From NCBI GenBank assembly GCA_031425655.1, contig JANPJS010000125.1, positions 1-35,910 on the forward strand: a stretch of 35,910 nucleotides of DNA. The letters are read 5' to 3'. Below, one piece after another: positions 28,550 to 35,910 of the stretch; positions within the stretch are counted from its first letter, which is position 1, and every line of letters starts with the position of its first letter. The stretch is from Abditibacteriaceae bacterium. GTDB taxonomy: Bacteria > Armatimonadota > Abditibacteriia > Abditibacteriales > Abditibacteriaceae. The notes under the pieces are model-generated. The model made no database searches and was not told the DNA's origin. It saw only the letters and a program-made list of their open reading frames with translations. The position numbers were made by a program, and so were the translations under genes.

Positions 28550-28553
28550 CAAC

Positions 28554-28628
28554 AGTTTTGAGTTCTTAATTTTGAGTTTTGTGTTGTGAATCTGTAACTC
28601 AAAACTCAAAATTAAGAACTCAAAACTC
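28554..28628. repeat. Heptamer repeat hairpin (TTTTGAG/CTCAAAA)
   Basis: Overlaps the last codons of thiG. Confidence 0.8.
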
Positions 28629-29379
28629 CTTCCATTGGGCTGCTGGCCGTCGCATACAGCTTTTTGCCGATGCGCCCGGCGTGACGCGCAAGGTAACCGG
28701 ATTCGATGGCGAGTTTCATGGCGCGGGCCATCATTTTCGGCTGTTTCGCGCCGTAAATCGCGGTTTGCATCAACACGGCGTCAGCGCCTAATTCCATCGC
28801 AACTACGGCGTCGCTGGCCGTTCCGACTCCGGCATCCACAATCACCGGCACGTTGGCTTTTTCGATGATGATCTGCAAATTCGTGGTGTTGCGAATGCCC
28901 AAACCGGAGCCAATCGGCGCGGCCAGAGGCATCACGGCGGCGCAGCCAATATCTTCGAGTTTGCGGCAGACAATCGGGTCGTCAATGCAATAAGGCAAAA
29001 CTACAAAGCCATCGTTCACTAAAATACGCGACGCTTCCAGCAAGCCTTCATTGTCGGGAAAAAGCGTATCTGCATCGCCGATAACTTCCAATTTCACCCA
29101 GTTGGTGCCCAACGCCTCGCGCGCTAATTGCGCCGTGAGAACTGCATCTTTGACGGTGTAACAAAGCGCGGTATTGGGCAATAACGTCATGCCTTCGAGA
29201 TAATCCACCAATTGCTCGCCCGGCGCTTCATTTTGTGGAATGCGCCTGATGGCAACCGTCACCAATTCGGCGCCGCTGGCTTCGATGCACTCGCGCATCA
29301 GCGGATAAGCCACGCCTTTGCCCGTCCCAACCCAAAGGCGCGAGTTAAACGTCTTTCCAGCTATCGTTAATTGATTCAT
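28612..29379 (-). CDS. thiG: Thiazole synthase
   Basis: [30 protein letters not shown] and DAGVG motifs. Confidence 0.96.
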   Translation of the reverse strand: MNQLTIAGKTFNSRLWVGTGKGVAYPLMRECIEASGAELVTVAIRRIPQNEAPGEQLVDYLEGMTLLPNTALCYTVKDAVLTAQLAREALGTNWVKLEVIGDADTLFPDNEGLLEASRILVNDGFVVLPYCIDDPIVCRKLEDIGCAAVMPLAAPIGSGLGIRNTTNLQIIIEKANVPVIVDAGVGTASDAVVAMELGADAVLMQTAIYGAKQPKMMARAMKLAIESGYLARHAGRIGKKLYATASSPMEGVLSS

Positions 29380-29396
29380 TTTGTCCTTGTCTCGAC

Positions 29397-29597
29397 TTAT
29401 CCGCCTTGCACCGCGCGAATAATTTCTACTTCGTCGCCGTCTTTTAGCGCTGTGCTTTGATGCTCGGCGCGACGAATGACAGCACCATTTAACGCCACGG
29501 CGACGCCACTTTCCGGCGATTGCAGTCCGGTCAGCAATTCGGCGATTGTCGCCGCTTGCGTGGCCTTGTTTTCTCCGTTGAGTCGAATGGTCATCAT
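29397..29597 (-). CDS. thiS: Sulfur carrier protein ThiS
   Basis: VAVALNG, GDEVEI and C-terminal GG. Confidence 0.95.
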   Translation of the reverse strand: MMTIRLNGENKATQAATIAELLTGLQSPESGVAVALNGAVIRRAEHQSTALKDGDEVEIIRAVQGG

Positions 29598-30841
29598 GTA
29601 TGAAATCGCGCGATATTAAATTCGCGCGGCGGCTCTTGCCCGTTCAAAATGCAATCGGCCATCAGTTGCGCGGTGATCGGCGTCAGCAAAATGCCGTTGC
29701 GAAAATGACCTGTCGCCACGAAAAGGTTTTCCAGCGGCGTGCGTCCTAAAATCGGCAATCCGTCGGGTGTCGCAGGACGCAAACCAGCCCAAGTGGATTT
29801 AATCGGATAATTCAGCAACTGGGGCCATAAATGGCTTAAGTTTTCCAACAATTGAAAAACTCCCTTCGCAGTGACTTGCTTTCCAAAATCTTTTCTTCTG
29901 TCCATAGTTGCGCCGACTAAAAGTGAACCGGAGGCACGCGGCACCAAATAAACATTTGAAGCATAAACCACTTGCTCCAAAGCCCAACTTCCAGCTTCTA
30001 ATTCTATTATTTCGCCTTTAACCGGAGAGACCGGCGGCAAGCAATCAGGCGGCAAGTCTCCTAAAAGGCCTGACCATGCCCCACTACAAAGCAGCACTTT
30101 GTCGCACTCAATCGTGTGCATTCCGGCATTCAACGTGACAATTCGGTTTTCGATGGCAGCCAATTCATGCACTGAGCTACTTGCGTGAATTTGCACTCCA
30201 CTTTCTTTCGCGGCACGTTTCAGACTTTCCACCAGCAAGCGATTATCTACTTGCCCTTCGCTTTCCATCCATAGGATGCGCCCTTCTGATGCCCACTGCT
30301 CCCAATGAGCCGGACAAGGCACAAGCCTTTCGCCCAGCCATAAATGCTGCTCGGACGCCGGCGTCAAAGCAACTTTGCCAGTCAAGCGTTGTAATGACAA
30401 AGCACTTTCACATCGAGCCGCCGTAGGTGGATGAAGATAACCATCCATAGCGGAAAGTGAATTGGGAACCGGATCATCCTCGGCTGAAGCCACATAGACA
30501 ATTCCGTGATGTTTTTCTCCATCACGCTTAAATCCAGCCAGTTGAAGTTCAACGTCTATTCCTGTTGCGTCTCTCAATTCATCAGCAAAACTCGGATACA
30601 AATCGCGGCTTCGCAGGCACAAATCGAGCATCGCGGCGCGGGCAGCAGGCTCTTTGGGCGGATGGCGCGCGGCTTCGACAAGCGGCGCCAGCATTCCCGC
30701 CGCCGCCCAACTCGCCTCGCGACCAACCGTGCCGCGCTCGAACAGCATCACTTTGGCGCCGCCTTGCGCCAAGCGCCACGCGCAGGCAAGGCCAATTACG
30801 CCGCCGCCGATTACCGCCACATCGCACTTCATACCCTGCAT
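29594..30841 (-). CDS. thiO: Glycine oxidase ThiO
   Basis: [21 protein letters not shown] and GHFRNGILL motifs. Lies directly upstream of thiS-thiG. Confidence 0.9.
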   Translation of the reverse strand: MQGMKCDVAVIGGGVIGLACAWRLAQGGAKVMLFERGTVGREASWAAAGMLAPLVEAARHPPKEPAARAAMLDLCLRSRDLYPSFADELRDATGIDVELQLAGFKRDGEKHHGIVYVASAEDDPVPNSLSAMDGYLHPPTAARCESALSLQRLTGKVALTPASEQHLWLGERLVPCPAHWEQWASEGRILWMESEGQVDNRLLVESLKRAAKESGVQIHASSSVHELAAIENRIVTLNAGMHTIECDKVLLCSGAWSGLLGDLPPDCLPPVSPVKGEIIELEAGSWALEQVVYASNVYLVPRASGSLLVGATMDRRKDFGKQVTAKGVFQLLENLSHLWPQLLNYPIKSTWAGLRPATPDGLPILGRTPLENLFVATGHFRNGILLTPITAQLMADCILNGQEPPREFNIARFHT

Positions 30842-30957
30842 GAAAACTTCAGTATAAAAGAGCCGCCATCACGCGGAAAAACACTTCGGGCCAATGCGCT
30901 TGGTTTTCCCGTTCTATGCGGTTCTGAAAATTCCTTAACAATTCTTCGCCAAAGCAC

Positions 30958-31021
30958 TTGTCAGCGCGAAAACGGCGCGTTAGAATGTCGGAAGTAAATC
31001 CGAGTATTCAACTCGGATTTA
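30958..31021 (+). promoter_or_regulatory. Promoter with 11-5-11 palindrome
   Basis: TTGTCA (30958), 17 nt, TAGAAT (30981). TAAATCCGAGT-ATTCA-ACTCGGATTTA at 30995-31021. Confidence 0.65.
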
Positions 31022-31122
31022 AGAAAAGCAAATTCCCCGGCGTGGGGCGCCGGGGAATTTGGGGAAGACGAAAGCCGCGTCTTCCGGCGGGGTTTTGCCG
31101 TGGGGACACCACTGCTTGCCAC
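31021..31122 (-). ncRNA. Candidate ~100-nt sRNA with C-rich loops
   Basis: Upstream TTGAAG-N18 with extended -10 TGtTATGCT, several stem-loops, and a 14-bp terminator stem followed by CTTTTCTT. Confidence 0.4.
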
Positions 31123-31210
31123 CTTTGAGCATAACACCGGACTGCTCCGCTCTTCAAGAATTGCACGGCGCGCGGCGGCATATATTTATCCGCGCGCCGG
31201 GGAGAATGTT

Positions 31211-31948
31211 TTGCGTTACACAGTTTCAGTCAGGTTGGCGGCGGGCGTCGTAGCGTTTGGCGTGTGGAGCGCCGGTTTCGGAGCGAACGAAGCTAAAGCG
31301 CATCGCCGGGATTTTCCGAACACCTACGATTGGCATCAGCCGGCCAAAGGCGCGAAGGAAATTGAGTTTCACACGCGCTATCGGGGTCGTAACAACTCGC
31401 TGCGCCAGCAAGTCGAATTTGAATACGGCATCACCGACCGCTGGATGGTTGCTCCTTACTTGGTGTTTCAAAAAGGCAGCGGCGGCGGCTTGGACTTAAC
31501 CGGCTACAAATTGCAAACGCGCTATCAACTGGGCGAATACAAGGCGAACACCTGGCTGCCCGGCTTGTATGCCGAATACATCGGCAACAAAAACGCCCCC
31601 GATGTGGCCGAAGGCAAGCTGATTTTGTCGCGTTTTGGCAAAAAGGGCGACAATTTTTCGTTCAACTACATCGTCGAGCGAGCGCTGACAAATGGAGCCG
31701 CGTTTGAAAACCAGTATTCGATGGGCTATGCGCGCTCGCTGGGTAGTAAAGGATTCGCGGCCAAACGCGATTTGCGCGGCGGCGTTGAATGGATTCACAA
31801 TCTGAGCAGCGGACGCATCAACGCCGGACCGGTGTTGGGCTTTTCGCCGAGCAAACGCACTTGGATTGTCGGCGGATGGGCCTTGCCGGTCAACAGCCGG
31901 GGCGGTAATAAATCGGAATTCCGTTTACTGGCAGAATACGAATTTTAG
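31211..31948 (+). CDS. Putative outer-membrane beta-barrel (DUF6662-like)
   Basis: TTG after GGGGAG, signal peptide ending AKA, EFEYGITDRW motif, terminal YEF. Confidence 0.65.
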   Translation: MRYTVSVRLAAGVVAFGVWSAGFGANEAKAHRRDFPNTYDWHQPAKGAKEIEFHTRYRGRNNSLRQQVEFEYGITDRWMVAPYLVFQKGSGGGLDLTGYKLQTRYQLGEYKANTWLPGLYAEYIGNKNAPDVAEGKLILSRFGKKGDNFSFNYIVERALTNGAAFENQYSMGYARSLGSKGFAAKRDLRGGVEWIHNLSSGRINAGPVLGFSPSKRTWIVGGWALPVNSRGGNKSEFRLLAEYEF

Positions 31949-32112
31949 GAATCGCTTGAACCTCCACGGCCAAAGTGTTGTCACACACAACGGCGAAATT
32001 TGCTTTTCGTATGTCAAAAATGCAGAGATGAAATTTTCGCATTGTTGACACGCAAGGGTTAAGCTAAAGTTAATTCCGAAAATCCAGTCGGAATTGCAAC
32101 ATTGGAGCAGAT

Positions 32113-32439
32113 ATGACTGCGACTAAGCGTTGGAAAACGCGATTGAAAGCGCATATGCGAACACAAAAATTGAAGCAGCGCCTGCATCATCAGCACGAAG
32201 CGCATTGCACTTCGCTGTGCTGCGGCAAGCGCGGCGACGCTCTGCAAATCATCGAATTGGTGGGCAGCGACATCGAAGCCGAGCGTTTGCGCGATTTGGG
32301 TGTGCGCGAAGGCGCCAAAGTCACGATCATGCGCGATGGCGATCCGCTGATGATTAAAGTGGACAACGCGCGTTTTGGCCTCAGCCGCGCCGCCGCGCTG
32401 AACGTGCATTGCGAGTTTTGTTCGAAATCGTCTCGCTAA
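32113..32439 (+). CDS. feoA: Ferrous iron transport protein A
   Basis: RLRDLGVREG..GDPLMIKV..LSR..A motif, upstream of feoB. Start uncertain. Confidence 0.85.
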   Translation: MTATKRWKTRLKAHMRTQKLKQRLHHQHEAHCTSLCCGKRGDALQIIELVGSDIEAERLRDLGVREGAKVTIMRDGDPLMIKVDNARFGLSRAAALNVHCEFCSKSSR

Positions 32440-32447
32440 GCTAAAAG

Positions 32448-32559
32448 TTTCAATAGAACACGGATTTCACGGAAACGGCCACGGGTTTTCACGGATTTTT
32501 CTTGAAATTGATCTGCGAAAATCCGTGGCCGTTTCCGTGAAATCCGTGTCCTATTGAAA
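32448..32559. repeat. Long inverted repeat (CACGGATTT units)
   Basis: TTTCAATAG.ACACGGATTTCACGGAAACGGCCACGG and its reverse complement. Confidence 0.85.
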
Positions 32560-32615
32560 GTGTCTGACGGACGCCCGCGCCGTTTTTGTCGTGTCTCCTC
32601 GTTAAAGCTCAGATC

Positions 32616-34778
32616 ATGGCCGTATTGGAAACTTCTCGGATAAATCCGCCGCGCGAAGGCGATAAAGCGTTGCGCCGCATCGCTTTAGCCGGCAATCCCA
32701 ACGCCGGCAAAACCACGCTTTTCAACGCACTGACCGGCCTCAAGCAAAAAGTCGGTAATTATCCCGGCGTGACCGTAGATAAAAAAGAAGGTCGTCTGGC
32801 GCTGCACGGCGGCGACGGCGTGCTGCTCGATTTGCCGGGCACTTACTCGCTTTCGCCCAAATCACCCGACGAAGTCATCGCGCGCGACGTTTTGCTCGGT
32901 CTGCGCTCCGATACGCCGCCACCGGACGCGATAATCGTCGTCGTAGACGCTTCCAACCTCGAACGCAACCTCTTTTTAGCCACACAAATTCTCGAATTGG
33001 GCCTGCCGTCGGTCATCGCGCTCAATATGACGGACGTGGCGCGCACGCACGGCAAAGAAATCAATGCCGCCGATTTAAGCCGCGCGTTAGGCGCGCCGGT
33101 CGTGGAAATTATCGCGGTGCGCGGCGAAGGGATGCAAAAGCTGCGCGAGGCGCTGGAAACGGCGCTTGACCAGCACTTAGCGCCGCGTCCGCCCGCGTTG
33201 GATTTACCCGCGCATTTGCAGGCCGCGCGCGAACGCTTGGCTGACACGCTGCATAGCACGAATCACTTAAAAACCGAGACGGCGCGCGGCATCGCGCTGC
33301 GATTATTGTGTTCAAATCCGCCGTTGGAGGCCGTAAAACATCGTTTTGGCGGCGCTGTAGCCGAAGAATTGGTGTCATTGCGTCAAAGCGCCGCGACCGG
33401 GCCGCATTGCTTGTCGCCGGCAGCGGCCAACGTGCTGGAAGCGCAGGCACGCTACGCAAAATTAGCGGGCATCGAAAGCTCCGTCGTCAATCGCGCCGAA
33501 GCGACCAAAGCCGCCAGTTTCACCGACCGCGTGGATGCCATTCTGACGCATCGCGTGTGGGGCTTGGTTTGCTTCGCGCTCCTCACGCTGCTGGTGTTTC
33601 AGGCGATATATTCATGGGCCGCGTGGCCGATGGATTTGATTGACAACAGCGTTGGCTGGCTGGGCAAACTGGTCGAAACGAATATGGCCGCCGGGCCGTT
33701 GCGCGACCTTTTGGTCAATGGAGTTATCAGCGGCGTCGGCGCGGTCGTCATCTTTTTGCCGCAGATTCTCATTTTATTTTTCTTCATCGGCGTGTTGGAA
33801 GATTCCGGTTACATGGCCCGTGCCGCGTTCGTAATGGATCGTTTAATGGCTCGCGCAGGCTTGCCGGGACGCGCTTTTATTCCCTTGATGTCGAGCTTCG
33901 CGTGCGCAATTCCGGGCATCATGGCGGCGCGCACTATCGGTTCGCGGCGCGACCGCATGACGACAATTCTCATCGCGCCGTGGATGAGTTGCGCGGCGCG
34001 CTTGCCGGTTTACACGCTGATGATCGGCGCTTTTATTCCCAATCGGCAGGTGTTTGGCTTTCTTTCGCTGCGCGCAGTCACGATGTTTTCGATGTATGTT
34101 TTGGGCGTTTTGGGCGCGATGGCAGCGGCTATGATCTTCAAAGGCACGCTGTTTAAGGGCAAGCCGGCAGCGTTTATGATCGAGTTGCCCGATTACAAAG
34201 TTCCGGCGTGGCGCAACACCGTTTTCACGATGTGGCAGCGCGGTTCGCAGTTTTTGAGCAACGCCGGAACGATGATTTTGGCGATTTCAATTGTGCTGTG
34301 GTTTTTGCTGAGCTATCCGAAACCGCCGCAAAACGTGACGGATTCGGGCGCCAGAGTCAGTTATTCGTTCGCCGGGCGCATCGGGCACGCGGTTGAGCCG
34401 GTCATCGCGCCGCTTGGCTTCAACTGGAAAATCGGCATCGGCTTAATCGGCGCGATGTCGGCGCGCGAAGTTTTCGTAGCGACGCTGGGCACGGTTTACA
34501 GCGTTGGTGAAGACGCCGACGAAACCTCGCAGCCGTTGCACGAGCAAATGCACAATGATCGCTGGCCCGATGGCCGCCGTGTGTGGACGCTGCCCACTGT
34601 GCTGTCTTTGTTGGTTTACTTCGTGTTCGCCATGCAGTGCGTTTCGACGTTGGCCGTCGTAAAACGTGAAACCGACAGTTGGAAATGGCCTCTTTTCATG
34701 TTGGTTTACATGACCGGCGTGGCTTGGATTTTGTCCTTCATCGTTTATCAAGTGACGACCGCGTGGGGCTGGAAATGA
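32616..34778 (+). CDS. feoB: Ferrous iron transport protein B
   Basis: GNPNAGKT, NYPGVTV, DLPGTYSL and EDSGYMARAAF motifs plus gate domains. Confidence 0.96.
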   Translation: MAVLETSRINPPREGDKALRRIALAGNPNAGKTTLFNALTGLKQKVGNYPGVTVDKKEGRLALHGGDGVLLDLPGTYSLSPKSPDEVIARDVLLGLRSDTPPPDAIIVVVDASNLERNLFLATQILELGLPSVIALNMTDVARTHGKEINAADLSRALGAPVVEIIAVRGEGMQKLREALETALDQHLAPRPPALDLPAHLQAARERLADTLHSTNHLKTETARGIALRLLCSNPPLEAVKHRFGGAVAEELVSLRQSAATGPHCLSPAAANVLEAQARYAKLAGIESSVVNRAEATKAASFTDRVDAILTHRVWGLVCFALLTLLVFQAIYSWAAWPMDLIDNSVGWLGKLVETNMAAGPLRDLLVNGVISGVGAVVIFLPQILILFFFIGVLEDSGYMARAAFVMDRLMARAGLPGRAFIPLMSSFACAIPGIMAARTIGSRRDRMTTILIAPWMSCAARLPVYTLMIGAFIPNRQVFGFLSLRAVTMFSMYVLGVLGAMAAAMIFKGTLFKGKPAAFMIELPDYKVPAWRNTVFTMWQRGSQFLSNAGTMILAISIVLWFLLSYPKPPQNVTDSGARVSYSFAGRIGHAVEPVIAPLGFNWKIGIGLIGAMSAREVFVATLGTVYSVGEDADETSQPLHEQMHNDRWPDGRRVWTLPTVLSLLVYFVFAMQCVSTLAVVKRETDSWKWPLFMLVYMTGVAWILSFIVYQVTTAWGWK

Positions 34779-34784
34779 ACGGCA

Positions 34785-34815
34785 ATTTTGAGTTTTCAGT
34801 TTTGAATTTTGAGTT
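34785..34815. repeat. Heptamer tandem repeat (TTTTGAG)
   Basis: Four degenerate units. Confidence 0.7.
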
Positions 34816-34836
34816 GTCGGCGGGAGGTTAATCGCC

Positions 34837-35028
34837 ATGTTTCAAGAAATCGTCGTTTTTATCGTCGTCGCGGTTGCAGCGGCTTATCTGGTGCGAATGG
34901 CGGCGCGCACCTTCCTTTCGCGGCGCGCTTGCGGCGGTTGTGGCAGCGCGTGCGGCGGCAAAGTGACGCAAAAAGCGCCGCAATTGGTGCAATTGCAGAT
35001 TAATCTCAAAGATAAACCTCCGAGATGA
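34837..35028 (+). CDS. FeoB-associated Cys-rich membrane protein
   Basis: TM helix followed by CGGCGSAC, SD GGAGG, directly after feoB. Confidence 0.85.
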   Translation: MFQEIVVFIVVAVAAAYLVRMAARTFLSRRACGGCGSACGGKVTQKAPQLVQLQINLKDKPPR

Positions 35029-35910
35029 GCGCGCCGACGCTTTCGATTCTCATTGTCAACTGGAACACGCGCGATTTGCTTCGCGCGTGTTTGCTATCTG
35101 TGCGCCAAAACGTGGCGGTGCCGCACGAAGTTATCGTGGTGGACAACGCTTCGCACGACGGCTCGGCGCGGATGGTGCGCGAAGAGTTTGGCGAAGTCGT
35201 TTTTATCGCCAACGACGGGAACGAGGGCTTCGCGCGCGGCAATAATCAGGCTTACGAATTGGCGCGAGCAAATTGGATTTGGCTACTCAATCCCGATACC
35301 GAAGTTTGTGCAGGCGCGGCGGAGGCGATGATCGCGTTTTTAGAAGCCGATGCAAAGCGAGGCGCGGTCGCTTCGGCGCTGATTGACGCGCGCGACGGCA
35401 AAATTCAGCGTTCGTGCCGCACTTTTCCTTCGCCCGCCGCGTTGTGGGCCGAAGGCAGCGGTCTGGCAAAATTTTACGCGCGTTCGCGGCGCTTTGGCTT
35501 TTACAAAATGGGCTGGTGGAGCATGAAAACGGCGCGCGAAGTGGATCAGCCGATGGCGTCCAGTTTTTTGCTGCGCCGCGCTGCGATTGAAAGCTGCGGC
35601 GGTCTTTTCGACGAGCAATTTCCGATTTTCTTCAACGACGTGGATTTGTGTTGGAGACTGAAAGTGGCGGGTTGGCAAATCTGGTTTACGCCCGCAGCGC
35701 GCGTTATTCATCACGGCGGCGCCGGCACGCGGCAGGTGCGCCCGCAAATGATCGAAGAGTCGCACAAATCGCTGCGCCGCTTTTACGAGAAGCATTATCG
35801 AGGGCATATTTCAGCGCCACTTTATTGGGCGACGATGCTCTTGGCCGATGTCAGCGGTTGGCTGCGCGTCAGAAAAGCCACACAGGAGATTCTCTCGCAA
35901 AGACGCAAAG
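35025..35910 (+). CDS. GT2 family glycosyltransferase (WbbL-like rhamnosyltransferase), runs off the window end
   Basis: ATG at 35025: MSAPTLSILIVNWNTRDLL..VVDNASHDGS..GFARGNN..LLNPD..FDEQFPIFFNDVDLC. Confidence 0.88.
   Translation, partial: MSAPTLSILIVNWNTRDLLRACLLSVRQNVAVPHEVIVVDNASHDGSARMVREEFGEVVFIANDGNEGFARGNNQAYELARANWIWLLNPDTEVCAGAAEAMIAFLEADAKRGAVASALIDARDGKIQRSCRTFPSPAALWAEGSGLAKFYARSRRFGFYKMGWWSMKTAREVDQPMASSFLLRRAAIESCGGLFDEQFPIFFNDVDLCWRLKVAGWQIWFTPAARVIHHGGAGTRQVRPQMIEESHKSLRRFYEKHYRGHISAPLYWATMLLADVSGWLRVRKATQEILSQRRK

Noticed and set aside
27101..28569. Long alternative ORFs 27101-28192 (-) and 27529-28569 (+)
   Set aside because: Shadow frames of the AEC transporter and thiE in GC-rich DNA, with no motifs.
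30842..31200. TPP riboswitch upstream of thiO-thiS-thiG
   Set aside because: No CTGAGA or ACCTGAT core motifs found on the minus strand.

Overview
A mostly housekeeping chromosomal window from a moderately GC-rich diderm bacterium. The intergenic heptamer repeats and gene set suggest Abditibacteriota/Armatimonadota, but this is an impression only. It holds about 36 CDS (rfbA/rfbB, murQ, dut, secD/secF, PfkB kinase, DEAD-box helicase, mdh, P450 plus GT1, thiO/S/G/E, feoA/feoB and others), tmRNA (tag ANTYQQPLALAA), tRNA-Ser(TGA), tRNA-Met(CAT) and many hairpin-forming intergenic repeats. The main finding is an AT-richer gene for a zinc-finger plus His-Me (HNH-like) nuclease-type protein directly behind the tmRNA 3' end. 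A 27-bp hairpin between them can act as the tmRNA terminator, buries the nuclease Shine-Dalgarno and start codon, and carries an extended -10 promoter across its loop, while the tmRNA 3' domain is atypical. Together this looks like a free-standing, tmRNA-linked homing-endonuclease-like module. Other candidates are an antisense C-rich sRNA and a shared operator in an iron-uptake locus, a stand-alone phage-type strand-annealing protein with an operator over its promoter, two small unannotated proteins, and a compositionally mosaic thiO.
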